Shown here in pieces: positions 45,484-55,812 of a stretch of DNA of 59,062 nt. Where the stretch lies: positions 1-59,062 of IMG/VR virus record IMGVR_UViG_3300020178_000191, one strand, 5' to 3'. The notes under the pieces were generated by a model, which saw only the letters and a list, made by a program, of their open reading frames with translations, was not told where the DNA came from and ran no database searches. The translations under genes and the position numbers were made by a program. The stretch's first letter is position 1, and each line of letters opens with the position of its first letter. The stretch comes from a virus. Its lineage: Duplodnaviria > Caudoviricetes.

Positions 45484-45488
45484 ATTAC

Positions 45489-45496
45489 TATTTATA
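45489..45496 (-). promoter_or_regulatory. T4 late promoter TATAAATA
   Basis: Exact consensus just upstream of gp3. Confidence 0.7.
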
Positions 45497-45498
45497 TA

Positions 45499-45738
45499 CT
45501 ATTTAGGAAGTGTTCCTGATTCACCTAGTTTCTTAATGGCCTCACCTATAACACTTATACTTTCACCGTCTTTTTTACAAGGGTTTTCTTCAGTAGATAC
45601 TTGGTATTCTTCACATATGGGTAGTGTTTCATCTACTTTAATTTTTTCTACTTCACAAGCATTTGCCCAAGTAAAAATAAGCAAAATTATTAGTGTTATA
45701 ATGAATATGTAAAAGTATTGAATTAGTATTTTCTTCAT
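45499..45738 (-). CDS. small exported or membrane-anchored protein
   Basis: MKK + hydrophobic stretch + ANA signal-peptide-like start; three Cys. Confidence 0.5.
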   Translation of the reverse strand: MKKILIQYFYIFIITLIILLIFTWANACEVEKIKVDETLPICEEYQVSTEENPCKKDGESISVIGEAIKKLGESGTLPK

Positions 45739-45760
45739 AGTTGTCCTGTATTTAGTGCAT

Positions 45761-45793
45761 AAAAAAAGGGCGGTTTTTTAGGCCGCCCTTTTT
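45761..45793 (-). terminator. intrinsic terminator after gp23
   Basis: AAAAAGGGCGG...CCGCCCTTTTTTT. Confidence 0.85.
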
Positions 45794-45809
45794 AAATAAA
45801 TCAAAATGA

Positions 45810-47174
45810 TTACATTAAGTTCGCTACTTTGACTCTTCTGTAGTATCTGTTAGCGTTAGCATTACCAGCGCCATTGATTACAGCATTGTCAGATACGCCT
45901 GCTTCAGCAAATGGGTTTGCTTGTAAGCCGTATCTTGTTTTGAACCCAATTTTAGGTTGGAAAGTGTCCTGACCAACAGCTCTTACCATTTGTAGAGGTA
46001 CATATGGGCAGTAGAATATACCAGCATCATATGGTGAAGTACCTTTGTAACCTACAACAAAGTATTGAGCAGCAGCGTTATTAGCACTATATGGATCAAT
46101 GTACACTTTGTACTTACCGTTTAATACACCAGCAAAAGTATTACCTGTGTCGTCAACGTTTAGGTTATTGTTAAGAGCAGGTGTGTAGTCTAACACGCCA
46201 GCCATTTGAAGTGCAGAAGCGACATCTGAAGAACAGATAATCATATTTCCTCTACCTCTTCTTGTTCTTTGAGCGATAACGTTTGCTTCTCTCTCAACTT
46301 GGAACATTAGGCCTTTAAATCTCTCAACTGACCATCTACCGTTTGAGTCTGTATCTAAATCAAAGATACCAGCAGTAGTTGTGTTGATAGCATTAACAGA
46401 ACCAATCGCTGTAGAAGCGTTGTCTGATGCACCGATTTCAGCGTTGATGTAAATTGTTCTTACAACTTCTCTATTGATTTCCGCAAGGATCTCAGCAGAT
46501 AGGATGTTAGCCAATTCTGTTTCAGCGTCTAAACCGTGGATTGCTTTAAGGTCTTGTGCAAGTTCCATAGTGTACTCAGCTTTAAGAGCTCTTGACTTAG
46601 CAGTCACAGTTGATTTCTCAATTGAGAAAGCCATTTGAGCAAAAGCGTTATTAGCAGAATCACCTAAAGCTTCAGCAGTAGCAGTTGCCATACCTTGGCC
46701 TCTAGTGTAAGCACCAGCAGGATCATCATTTAATAAACCTGGGTTTGCACCAGATTGAGTTGGTCCAGAAGCGGCAGTTGAGTCACCAGCAGCATTTCTA
46801 CTAGAGAAATCTGTGTCAGCTTCGTCAAATAATGCTTCAGTACCTGATTGGTTAGTATATCTGCTTCTCATAGCAAAGATAAGGCCAGTTGGTCCAGTCA
46901 TTGGCTGAACGCCAGCAATATCGTAAGCAATCAAATTAGGCATAGCTCTTCTAACTAAAGAAATTAGGATTGGATCCCAATTTTGAACTGATGAACCAGT
47001 TGCGTTAGTTGGAGCAGCTTCATTTAAGAAAGCAGCGTCTTCTTTTGATGCTCTCTCTTGGTTTTCCAAGATAGTAGCAGTAACGGCACGTCTGTAAGAA
47101 TCCGTGATCTTTGGAAGATCAGCGTGTTCTAGGACTGGCTGCCATTTTTTTTCGTATTGTTCTGATAAATACAT
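45810..47174 (-). CDS. gp23: major capsid protein
   Basis: LVRRAMPNLIAYDIAGVQPM, SRALKAEY, ELAQDLKAIHG, YCPYVPL, GFKTRYG. Confidence 0.98.
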   Translation of the reverse strand: MYLSEQYEKKWQPVLEHADLPKITDSYRRAVTATILENQERASKEDAAFLNEAAPTNATGSSVQNWDPILISLVRRAMPNLIAYDIAGVQPMTGPTGLIFAMRSRYTNQSGTEALFDEADTDFSSRNAAGDSTAASGPTQSGANPGLLNDDPAGAYTRGQGMATATAEALGDSANNAFAQMAFSIEKSTVTAKSRALKAEYTMELAQDLKAIHGLDAETELANILSAEILAEINREVVRTIYINAEIGASDNASTAIGSVNAINTTTAGIFDLDTDSNGRWSVERFKGLMFQVEREANVIAQRTRRGRGNMIICSSDVASALQMAGVLDYTPALNNNLNVDDTGNTFAGVLNGKYKVYIDPYSANNAAAQYFVVGYKGTSPYDAGIFYCPYVPLQMVRAVGQDTFQPKIGFKTRYGLQANPFAEAGVSDNAVINGAGNANANRYYRRVKVANLM

Positions 47175-47195
47175 TTGTTTTTATCTCCCGTTTTA

Positions 47196-48359
47196 TTATT
47201 TCGACAATTTAATGTCTTTTGTTTTACTTATAGCGGCGGTATAAGCAGCCATAGCATTAGATAAATCTTCAGGTTGTGAAGATTCGCCTGCCGCTACATC
47301 ATCTATCTCATTACCACTAGCTTCAACTTTTTTACCAAAGTAACTTTCTTTGATAGTTGCAACTTTAGTTGTAAAGTCTTTCTCATTAGAATACTCAACT
47401 TCTTCAGCAAGTTTGTTGAATTTCTCTTTAGCAGTGTCAGCTAAATCAGCAGACATTTCATCAATGATGTCTTGTCTTTTCATTTCGCCATTTGCTTTGT
47501 TTAGTTCAACATTCTTTTCTACTTGTTCGTTAAGTTTCTTTTCAAGCTCTTCAATTTTGTTTGCTTGATCTTCTAGTACATTGTATTTCTCATCTGGAAC
47601 ATCAATGTAATGATCTTCAAACAATTTCTTTAAGCCAGAAATAAAGTCTTCAGCGATCTCACCTTTGATTCCTCTTTCGATAGCGATAGAGTTCTCTTTC
47701 ATCCATTCTTCAACTACGTAGTTTAAGTATGAATCAACTTTTTCAGTAAGTTCAGCTTTCTGAGCTTCAGTTTCTTCTTTTAATTTTTCTTCATAACTAG
47801 CATTCATCTTTTTCTTCATTTCTGAAACTTTTGATTTCAGAGCAGCTTCAAAGATTGTAGATGCTTTTGCTTTGAAGTCTTCCGATAAGTCTTCATCTTT
47901 AGTTAAAGCTTCAACGTCTGCAGATACGTCAATTAAATCTTCTTCAGATTCTTCTTTCATATCTTTTTTCTTTTCGTCTTCGTGTGACATCTCTTTTTTA
48001 TCTTGCGATTTTTTAAGAGCGTCTAGTGCTGCCTTAGGCATTTCACCTTCTTTAACTTCAGATTTTTTCTCATCCGAATCAGTTTCTTCTTCCTCTTTTA
48101 GCTTAGGCATAGCGTCAGCTGAACCTTGAGCTTTTTGTTGAGGATCACCAGAAACTTGACTTATTTTCTTTGTGGCGTCAGGATTGCTGTCAGTCGGTTT
48201 AGTAACCGCTGAGCCTAAATCTTCAGCATCATTTTTCAGATGAGAAGGTTCAGCCGCTACAGCATTCTTTTTTGGAGCATCAGCTTGCGGATTAGCAGCG
48301 TTAGCTTCTAATACAGCTTCTTGTTCCATCGCCTCAATAGTTTTTTCTGTTTCGGCCAT
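47196..48359 (-). CDS. gp22: prohead core scaffold protein
   Basis: IFEAA, VDSYLNYVVEEW; acidic coiled coil; position between gp21 and gp23. Confidence 0.92.
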   Translation of the reverse strand: MAETEKTIEAMEQEAVLEANAANPQADAPKKNAVAAEPSHLKNDAEDLGSAVTKPTDSNPDATKKISQVSGDPQQKAQGSADAMPKLKEEEETDSDEKKSEVKEGEMPKAALDALKKSQDKKEMSHEDEKKKDMKEESEEDLIDVSADVEALTKDEDLSEDFKAKASTIFEAALKSKVSEMKKKMNASYEEKLKEETEAQKAELTEKVDSYLNYVVEEWMKENSIAIERGIKGEIAEDFISGLKKLFEDHYIDVPDEKYNVLEDQANKIEELEKKLNEQVEKNVELNKANGEMKRQDIIDEMSADLADTAKEKFNKLAEEVEYSNEKDFTTKVATIKESYFGKKVEASGNEIDDVAAGESSQPEDLSNAMAAYTAAISKTKDIKLSK

Positions 48360-48411
48360 TGAAAATCTCCTTTTTTTCTTTATAAACGTTTATAAATTTT
48401 CTTTGTAGATA

Positions 48412-48419
48412 TATTTATA
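48412..48419 (-). promoter_or_regulatory. T4 late promoter TATAAATA
   Basis: Exact consensus upstream of gp22. Confidence 0.75.
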
Positions 48420-48422
48420 AAA

Positions 48423-49067
48423 CTACAGCTTTTTAAGAAACGATTCGAAGACTTTTAATTTAGCTTCTTCTAATGAACGCTGTCTAGCGGTACGGACTTG
48501 ATTTTTCCAAGATTCTATGTCTTTTTCCTTGAGTACACCATTGTCCCAAATCCATTCTTTACTCTCCATAATACCTTCTACGAAAGCGTCTGGAGCAGAT
48601 GGATCTGCCACAATATCAGCGGCCGTAGCTAAGTAAAAATCATCTTTTACATAGTTTACACCGTTTCTTTGTATTAAAGACCCCATACCTCGACTAGATA
48701 CTCCTAATTGAGCACCCTCGTCAATAAGACCTTTTACGATCTTTCCGTATGGTGTGTCCATAATTTTTGCCTCACCAATAAAATCTTTGCCGTCCTGTTT
48801 CAATGACTTAACCATATGACAAACTCTTTCTAAATTAACAGTCGGTCCGTCAGGATGTCCTAACTCGCCAAAGGCTCTATTTTTATTGATAAATTCTTTT
48901 GTGTATCGATTCACTTCTCTAACCAAGATTTCTCTAGGATAGACTCTTCCATTTCTATTTTTAATTTCAGATTGTAAGAATACACCTCTTATCTTGTATT
49001 CTTTTTTGCCGTTATTTTCTTCTATAAGATATTCGGCGTTTTGTACTTCTTCGGAAATAAGTTTCAT
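48423..49067 (-). CDS. gp21: prohead protease
   Basis: NRNGRVY, GELGHP, GVSSRGMGS, DIVADPSAPDA. Confidence 0.95.
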   Translation of the reverse strand: MKLISEEVQNAEYLIEENNGKKEYKIRGVFLQSEIKNRNGRVYPREILVREVNRYTKEFINKNRAFGELGHPDGPTVNLERVCHMVKSLKQDGKDFIGEAKIMDTPYGKIVKGLIDEGAQLGVSSRGMGSLIQRNGVNYVKDDFYLATAADIVADPSAPDAFVEGIMESKEWIWDNGVLKEKDIESWKNQVRTARQRSLEEAKLKVFESFLKKL

Positions 49068-49088
49068 AAATTCTCTCTCTTATGTATA

Positions 49089-49096
49089 TATTTATA
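49089..49096 (-). promoter_or_regulatory. T4 late promoter TATAAATA
   Basis: Exact consensus upstream of gp21. Confidence 0.7.
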
Positions 49097-49124
49097 AACT
49101 TTTTTATCTATAAACTACAATTAT

Positions 49125-49376
49125 TTAACTTCTCGGTGAGCCAACAGCCGCTACTGAACCTGCAAATGTAACTTCATCTGTAGGGTGTTTTTCTATAATG
49201 ATTTCATCACCCGCTAAATGTAAATAAGCAGTTCCAATAGTTACTGAACCACCGTCTTCTTTTAATGTTACTGTTTGAGCATTAGCTGTTGCTACACATC
49301 TAACAAAAACAGCTCCGCCAATATCATTGTCCGTAACGTTAGTTGTAGCAGAACCTTTTATTATAAATGTTGCCAT
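49125..49376 (-). CDS. small beta-rich hypothetical protein in the head cluster
   Basis: ORF with AGGAG RBS. Confidence 0.55.
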   Translation of the reverse strand: MATFIIKGSATTNVTDNDIGGAVFVRCVATANAQTVTLKEDGGSVTIGTAYLHLAGDEIIIEKHPTDEVTFAGSVAAVGSPRS

Positions 49377-49377
49377 T

Positions 49378-49620
49378 TTATTTTTCTCCTAATTGTTCTA
49401 ATATTTCTTTATCAAAATATTCATCAAATTCTTCTAAATTAATATTATGAAATTCTGCTATCTTATTAACAGCATTTTCAAATCTTTTAATAGCATTACC
49501 TTGTTCTTTTTCAATCAATTTAAATATATCACTTACAGCTTCTTTCATTTTAGGACTTAATTCCTTAAATGCTTTAGAATCTATTTGTAAGTTTTCTTTA
49601 ACTATTCGGCTCACCTGCAT
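49378..49620 (-). CDS. small prohead-core-like protein
   Basis: Position between gp20 and gp21 (gp67/gp68 region). Confidence 0.5.
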   Translation of the reverse strand: MQVSRIVKENLQIDSKAFKELSPKMKEAVSDIFKLIEKEQGNAIKRFENAVNKIAEFHNINLEEFDEYFDKEILEQLGEK

Positions 49621-49927
49621 CTTCTACACCTTGTGATAAGTCTATTTGTGCTTCACCATCAGCAGATTGTCCTGCTGTTGTAGTTGGCGAAATTGAACCG
49701 TCTGGATTAAAAGTTCCTGGATCTGCTACAACCGGTTTAGGGTCGCTATAATCTGCTGCCTCAACATTTCCATTAAACATATTACCAGCAATATCTTTTC
49801 TAGCATTATCCAAAGCATTTGCTACTTTATCTCTTAAAGCGTCTTTAAATGCTTCTCCAGCATCTATGCTGTTACCTTGTGATAACTGATCTATAAAGTT
49901 TTTTGTGTTGTCATTTATATCTGCCAT
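49598..49927 (-). CDS. acidic prohead core protein (gp67-like)
   Basis: Immediately after gp20; N-terminal helix then acidic tail. Confidence 0.55.
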   Translation of the reverse strand: MADINDNTKNFIDQLSQGNSIDAGEAFKDALRDKVANALDNARKDIAGNMFNGNVEAADYSDPKPVVADPGTFNPDGSISPTTTAGQSADGEAQIDLSQGVEDAGEPNS

Positions 49928-49939
49928 AATTTACTCCTT

Positions 49940-51457
49940 TTATATATTTTCTAAATCGGAAGATTGAGCTGTAGGACTAGCAATAATGCCGTCATCAATT
50001 TCTTTTTTGATTTGTTTATCCATATTCTCAATTTCTCTTTCGTTTTGTTTAAGTACATTTTTTCTAACATATTCTACAGAAAAATACTTACCAATGTAAT
50101 CTCTCATTTCATTGGCTAATGCTAATCTTTCTCTTAACATTTCTGTTTGTTTTAATTCGGCGAAATGGCCATCTTGTAAGAAATCATAATTAATACTATC
50201 TCTTACTGTATACCAATCGTCTTCACTTATAATACCTTTTAAGATTAATTGTGTTCTTAATAAATCATTAAAAAGTTCAGTAAATTTCTTTCTTAATCTT
50301 TGAACAAATTTAGTAAACTTCAATTCATCTCTAGTAATTTCTGAAGCTCTACCTAAATTAAATCCTTGATTTGCTTCTAATCTACTTGCCGGAACATTTA
50401 AACTTCTATAAAGTTTTGCTCTAAAGTATTCTATATCAGCAATTTCTCCTAAATTTTGGCCGCCAGGTAGTGTAGTAATATCTGTACCTCTACCACCCTC
50501 TCTACTTGGTAACCAAAAGTCTTCTAACATTGACATATAGTTTCTATCATCTCTAATCTCACCTGTAGAAGCGTCATAAACAAGTTTGTTTCTATATCTT
50601 GCCATTACATCACGTAGATATTGTTCAGCTTTTACTTTTGGTAGATTACCAACGTCAATCTTAAATATTCTTCTTTCTGGTGCTCTTGCTATTCTGTAAA
50701 TAACAGTAGCGTCTTCTATCATTCTTAATTGATTAACAGGTTTAATCGCCTTATGTAAATAAGACAATACCATATTTTTGTTTTGGTCAATTAATCCTGA
50801 AGGGCAAAAAGCAATTGTGTCTGGTGCTATTTTAATACCAGCACCTGAAGTTGAACCAGAAACACCTTTTTCATTATAAACAAAGTATTCAACATACTCA
50901 TCTACTACTGAAAGGCCGTGTGGAACAGGTCCGTCTGGTCTTTTCTTTCTGATCTCTCTAATCTTTTTAACTTTACGAGGATCAATATATTTTAATTCTG
51001 TAATACCTTTTACAGGTGAATTTCTATCTATAATTTTGTGATAATAAATTCTGCCATCTACGTACCATCTTCTAAAGATGTCGTGGCCTTTTGTATTAAA
51101 GTTTAATAATCTTAATACTTGCTTAAATTCGTCTTCTATTTTTCTTCTTACTTCTTGTCCGTAAGGCAAATCTGATACATTTACTCTTACAGCGTCTTTC
51201 AATTCATTAGCGACAATAGCTTCGTTGACAATATCTTCAATTGCCATATCACACTCGGGGTGTAATGCTACTTCTCTATATCTACGTATTAAATCCGCCT
51301 CACTCTTTGCCGTACCTTCCATATCAAGGTACTGACCAAAATAACCTCCAGCGGCAACCGTTTGTGTACCGTCATCTGCTTGGGTTGTTGTGAAACTTTG
51401 TTTTGGATCGGCTTGTTTTTTAGCCCTTGTAATACTAAATCCAAATAATTCAGCCAT
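49940..51457 (-). CDS. gp20: portal protein
   Basis: FRRWYVDGR, YRIARAPERRIF, EDFWLP, ITRDELKF. Confidence 0.97.
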   Translation of the reverse strand: MAELFGFSITRAKKQADPKQSFTTTQADDGTQTVAAGGYFGQYLDMEGTAKSEADLIRRYREVALHPECDMAIEDIVNEAIVANELKDAVRVNVSDLPYGQEVRRKIEDEFKQVLRLLNFNTKGHDIFRRWYVDGRIYYHKIIDRNSPVKGITELKYIDPRKVKKIREIRKKRPDGPVPHGLSVVDEYVEYFVYNEKGVSGSTSGAGIKIAPDTIAFCPSGLIDQNKNMVLSYLHKAIKPVNQLRMIEDATVIYRIARAPERRIFKIDVGNLPKVKAEQYLRDVMARYRNKLVYDASTGEIRDDRNYMSMLEDFWLPSREGGRGTDITTLPGGQNLGEIADIEYFRAKLYRSLNVPASRLEANQGFNLGRASEITRDELKFTKFVQRLRKKFTELFNDLLRTQLILKGIISEDDWYTVRDSINYDFLQDGHFAELKQTEMLRERLALANEMRDYIGKYFSVEYVRKNVLKQNEREIENMDKQIKKEIDDGIIASPTAQSSDLENI

Positions 51458-51494
51458 AATTTATATTCTCCTTACTACTACTTATAAGAGTTTT

Positions 51495-51526
51495 AAAAAG
51501 GCGGCCTGGAGAACCAGGCCACCTTT
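51495..51526 (-). terminator. intrinsic terminator after gp19
   Basis: AAAGGTGGCCTGG-TTCT-CCAGGCCGCCTTTT; late-promoter variant TATAAGTA follows at 51479..51486. Confidence 0.75.
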
Positions 51527-51533
51527 ACTAATA

Positions 51534-52061
51534 TTAAGTTGTAGTATTTGTTTCAAAGTATTGGTATTGAAATGTTACCGGGAACGTTTCAATAGCCGTT
51601 TTTTCATCATAGTCTAATGCAATTTCACCAATAGATGTCGGGAATGCTCCTCTCAACGTATAGGATTTAATTGTATTACCATTTCTGTCTAAATGATCTA
51701 CAAACGCATCCACTTGATAATCAACTGGATTAGTTAAGCCTTCGTTATCAGACATATTGTTGATACCGTTTTGCCATCTTTCAAAAGCATTTCTTAACTT
51801 AAAGTTTGTGTCATTGTAAACAGTCACAGACCATTCATCAATTGTTCTATCACCTGCTATTTTTATGTTTCTACCTCTAAAGGCTACGTTTACATTTGTA
51901 ACCGTCATAGCTGGAATTGATGTTCCTTGACATAAAAAAGCTAGGTCTTCTATTTCGCCACCAACTTGTGCGTAACCAGGAAAAGGCATTATTACCTTAA
52001 ACTGATTGGCTCTTGCGCCACCGCCAGCAAGTTTAGCTTTGAAGTCGTTTATGTTTGGCAT
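51534..52061 (-). CDS. gp19: tail tube protein
   Basis: GGGARANQF, KIAGDRT, W.VTVYND, FPT. Confidence 0.95.
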   Translation of the reverse strand: MPNINDFKAKLAGGGARANQFKVIMPFPGYAQVGGEIEDLAFLCQGTSIPAMTVTNVNVAFRGRNIKIAGDRTIDEWSVTVYNDTNFKLRNAFERWQNGINNMSDNEGLTNPVDYQVDAFVDHLDRNGNTIKSYTLRGAFPTSIGEIALDYDEKTAIETFPVTFQYQYFETNTTT

Positions 52062-52083
52062 ATTTTATTCTCCTTCTCTACTA

Positions 52084-54063
52084 TTAACCGCCAGCAACTT
52101 CGTCAAAGCTGACGCCAGTTCTGGTTGCGATGAATTGAAGTGTAATAAAGTTAATCGATCTAGCAGGTTTAATAAAGATTTCTGCTATAAACTCATTACG
52201 GTCAATTACTTCGCCTGTATTGTTAGTTTCATCACATACTACTAGGAAGTCTGTGATACCTCGTCTACCTTGTACTTCTCGTAAGAATGGCTCTACGATA
52301 TTTCTAAAGTTAGCTCTTGTAAATTCATCATTGAACTCAAAGAGTTGGAATTTAGAAGCTGTAGAGATTGCTTTTTCTAGTACAATAAACAATCTTCTTA
52401 CGTTGATTCTATCAAATGCAGACGGCGCTGATAATCCAGTTTTGTCACCGAAAAGAACTGTACCTTGTCCTGGGAAAAATGCCACAGGATTAACTCTCTT
52501 AGGATACAATTGATCTCTTTGTGCTTTAGTTGGATTGTAAGCTAATTTAACTACGCCTCTTACTTGACCTCTGTTAAAGCCAGCAGGTGAGTACCAAGCG
52601 TCAGCTGTTAAGTCTGTTCTAGCAGCCAAACCAGCCATATCACCATTTAATGGTACATATCTATATACATCATTATATCTGTCGTACATATATTTGTAAC
52701 CACTATCAAAAACAACATATGAAGAAGAATTAATATCTTCATAGAAGTTAATGATATTATTAGTGATTGTAGTTGTATTAGTTATATCAACAACGTGGTT
52801 TCTTGGAGGTGAAACAAACGCAATAGCGTCTTTTCTGTCCTCAGCAATTTGTAAAAGATCATTTACGTGATTTTTACCATCGCCTGGAGTTCCAATTGTT
52901 TCATTAGGTGTTTTACCACCAATGATTAAACCAACGTCAACAGTTTCAGCGTCTTGGAACTTCTCATAAGCAGTTTTTAATTGGCCTGCTGTTACAGCTG
53001 TACCATTAGAACCTGCAGATAGAGAGTTTGTTACTGGTAATTCAATTGCTGATGTGCTATCAAAATCTTTGCTAGCAACATTAGAACCAAAACCATTTGT
53101 AACGCCTAGTGTTGAGTGATCCATCCAGTAAATATATGCTGATCTATTAAAGATAACACTTGGATAGTAGTTTGTTCCGCCTTCGCTTGTTTTAGCGTCA
53201 GCACCTTTTGATACTTTAGAGTAAGTTTCAATAACTTGACCAACAGTACCTGAAATGCCACCGTCTTCGTCAATGACTACAACGTGCATTTCATCATTAG
53301 AACCACCTCTTGCTGAAGCATAAGGTGAAGTGCCTGGAGCACCGTCAACAGAGTCATAATATCTCCATCTTCTTCTAACATTAACACCATCAGTTAAAGC
53401 AGCATTTAATCCGCCTGTTCCTGATTCTTTTCTTACAAAAGTAATAGTGTTTGTTCCTGAGTCGTTTGCTGTTACTCTATATTCAAATCCGTCAGTATAA
53501 TCGTTAGTAGCCGCTGTAGTTGAAAATGCTACAATGTCGCCTACTGCAATACCTGATGAATCATCTAAAATTACTGTAGTGTCGCCAACTGCTGTAGCAG
53601 CGTCATTTACAGTTGTTACGCCTTGTTCTTCAAAGGCAGCTGCTGTTTCACAAACAGAAACAGATAGGTTATTACCCCACGCTCCTGCTGTTCTAGCTGC
53701 CCACGCACCAACAGCCGCTTGACCTGTTGAATAGTTTGAAGTATAGTCATCATTATTATTGATAGTTATACTTGAACCATTAGCAGTAGCGTTGGTTACG
53801 CTTGAATTGGTAGCTCGTACTACTCTTAAAGCATTAGAGTATTGTAGAAAGTTAGCAGCAGTAAAAAAATATTCAAAGTTATTTGAATCTGGTTTACCGA
53901 ACGTATCTACAAGCTCTTGTTCACTAGAGATAGCCACGACCTCATCTAAAGGTCCTTTACGAAATTCGCCAGCAATAGCACCAATAGATGTTGATACTGC
54001 AGGTATAATTCTAGTTAAGTCTTTTTCTTGTACGAGAACACCTGGTGATACTTGAAATGCCAT
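52084..54063 (-). CDS. gp18: tail sheath protein
   Basis: SPGVLVQEKD, WYSPAG..RG, FDRINVRRLF, FEFND. Confidence 0.97.
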   Translation of the reverse strand: MAFQVSPGVLVQEKDLTRIIPAVSTSIGAIAGEFRKGPLDEVVAISSEQELVDTFGKPDSNNFEYFFTAANFLQYSNALRVVRATNSSVTNATANGSSITINNNDDYTSNYSTGQAAVGAWAARTAGAWGNNLSVSVCETAAAFEEQGVTTVNDAATAVGDTTVILDDSSGIAVGDIVAFSTTAATNDYTDGFEYRVTANDSGTNTITFVRKESGTGGLNAALTDGVNVRRRWRYYDSVDGAPGTSPYASARGGSNDEMHVVVIDEDGGISGTVGQVIETYSKVSKGADAKTSEGGTNYYPSVIFNRSAYIYWMDHSTLGVTNGFGSNVASKDFDSTSAIELPVTNSLSAGSNGTAVTAGQLKTAYEKFQDAETVDVGLIIGGKTPNETIGTPGDGKNHVNDLLQIAEDRKDAIAFVSPPRNHVVDITNTTTITNNIINFYEDINSSSYVVFDSGYKYMYDRYNDVYRYVPLNGDMAGLAARTDLTADAWYSPAGFNRGQVRGVVKLAYNPTKAQRDQLYPKRVNPVAFFPGQGTVLFGDKTGLSAPSAFDRINVRRLFIVLEKAISTASKFQLFEFNDEFTRANFRNIVEPFLREVQGRRGITDFLVVCDETNNTGEVIDRNEFIAEIFIKPARSINFITLQFIATRTGVSFDEVAGG

Positions 54064-54158
54064 AGGTTTATTCTCCTCTTTTAATTAGCTAATTGCATTT
54101 TTGTTGTTCAAAACTCGTATTATTCATACGCCCATAGTCAAAGTTTCATTCTTGTAGA

Positions 54159-54166
54159 TATTTATA
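54159..54166 (-). promoter_or_regulatory. T4 late promoter TATAAATA
   Basis: Exact consensus upstream of gp18. Confidence 0.75.
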
Positions 54167-54177
54167 ATACCACAAAA

Positions 54178-55812
54178 TTACATACCTTTACGAATATCTA
54201 CCGGATGCCATACATCTCCGTATTCATCAACCGTAGCCTGTTCATGGTCATTGATACCATCATCTAAAAATCCAAACGGAGCCATATCTTGCTCTATCAA
54301 ATTTTGTTGTTCCACATACATTTGTTGACGAGCATTTGTGTTAGTTAATTCTTTAAAATAAGGTTGATTTGACACCCAGCCAAATATAACACAACACATC
54401 ATCAAGTCGTCATTTGCCCCATCTTCGGCCTGATAACTTTGACCTCTTTTAGCAAAGGTAGATATTTCTTCTATAATCTTAAAGGCGTTAATTATTAATT
54501 TGTCACCCTCTATCAATGTCTTTATATTGGCACAACCTATTCGTTTAATCTGTTTAGTCATACGAACACCTAAAGATGTACCTCGGCCACTATACATAGC
54601 ACCTAGTATTTGACCAGCACGACCTTTTTGAGTTGTCATCATAAGATTGTCATATTCAATTTCGAACTGTAAAGCTTCAGCAATTTGTTGGCCTATATCA
54701 TTGACTTCGGTTAATATATGTGCTCTATTGTATCCTTTACAGACTTGTTCTATAATATTAGGAAAGACAAATGGTTTTACTTCATTGTCTTTATATAAGG
54801 CCACCACCTTGTAAGGCATTTGTGTGACATCAAATACTATAAAGGCAGAATAATCTTTATCCACACCTCTGGATACGTCAACGGTACATATGTATGTGTG
54901 ACCTTTGATTGGTGCCTCAAATACTTCTACACTACCTGAAGACTTTAAAGGATTCATATAAGCCATATTTTTAATTTTAGCAGGACTTATAAGTGTATTA
55001 ACAGAGCCTAAAAATTCACATTCAAACTCTTGTTGAAATTGCTCAGGTGATGTGTTTCTAATTGTTTGTTCTTTCCAGGCCTCATCTCTACCAGGAACTT
55101 CCGACCAATGTACTTCTATAGGTATATAATCGTTTCTTTTATTTTCAGCATCTGTCCATAATTTGTAAAACTGATTCATACCATAAGGGGTTGATACAAT
55201 AATCATCTTTGTATTTTTACCAGATGATATTGTAGGATAAACTGAACTAAAGAAAGATTCGGCAATATTTGTAGGAACGAAAGCAAACTCATCAAGGAAT
55301 ATTATATTATAAGAACCACCTCGAATAGCACTTGAAGAAGTAGCGGCCGCCACAATGGTTGATTTGTTTTCTAATTCAATATTACCTTTGTTCCAATTAA
55401 TAACACCTTGTTGCATCCACTTTGGTAAATTTTCATAGGCTAATTGTAATCTACTTAATATATCTCTGGCAGTAGATGATTTATTGGCAAGTAGGGCTAT
55501 GTTTGAATTAGGATTAAATAAGGCATAATGTAATAGATAAGAAATAGTTGTTGTTGATTTACCTGACTGCCTTGGAAGTTTACATATTGTAAATCTATTA
55601 TTATGAATTGTATTAACTATCTTCTTTTGAAAGTCATACATTTTAAAAGGTACAAGTCCTTCGTCAAGTGATACAATCCTTATATAGTTTTCCATAAAAT
55701 ATAGAGGATCATTGGCACACTTTTGATATTCAACAATCTGTTCTTGTGTAAACTCTACAGGAGTGTTTACTTTTTTAAGATTAGGGTTTCCCAAATATGC
55801 ATCATTACTCAT
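54178..55812 (-). CDS. gp17: terminase large subunit
   Basis: PRQSGKST, FLDEFAF, STPYG, FQQEFEC, VDVSRG, DDLMM. Confidence 0.97.
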   Translation of the reverse strand: MSNDAYLGNPNLKKVNTPVEFTQEQIVEYQKCANDPLYFMENYIRIVSLDEGLVPFKMYDFQKKIVNTIHNNRFTICKLPRQSGKSTTTISYLLHYALFNPNSNIALLANKSSTARDILSRLQLAYENLPKWMQQGVINWNKGNIELENKSTIVAAATSSSAIRGGSYNIIFLDEFAFVPTNIAESFFSSVYPTISSGKNTKMIIVSTPYGMNQFYKLWTDAENKRNDYIPIEVHWSEVPGRDEAWKEQTIRNTSPEQFQQEFECEFLGSVNTLISPAKIKNMAYMNPLKSSGSVEVFEAPIKGHTYICTVDVSRGVDKDYSAFIVFDVTQMPYKVVALYKDNEVKPFVFPNIIEQVCKGYNRAHILTEVNDIGQQIAEALQFEIEYDNLMMTTQKGRAGQILGAMYSGRGTSLGVRMTKQIKRIGCANIKTLIEGDKLIINAFKIIEEISTFAKRGQSYQAEDGANDDLMMCCVIFGWVSNQPYFKELTNTNARQQMYVEQQNLIEQDMAPFGFLDDGINDHEQATVDEYGDVWHPVDIRKGM

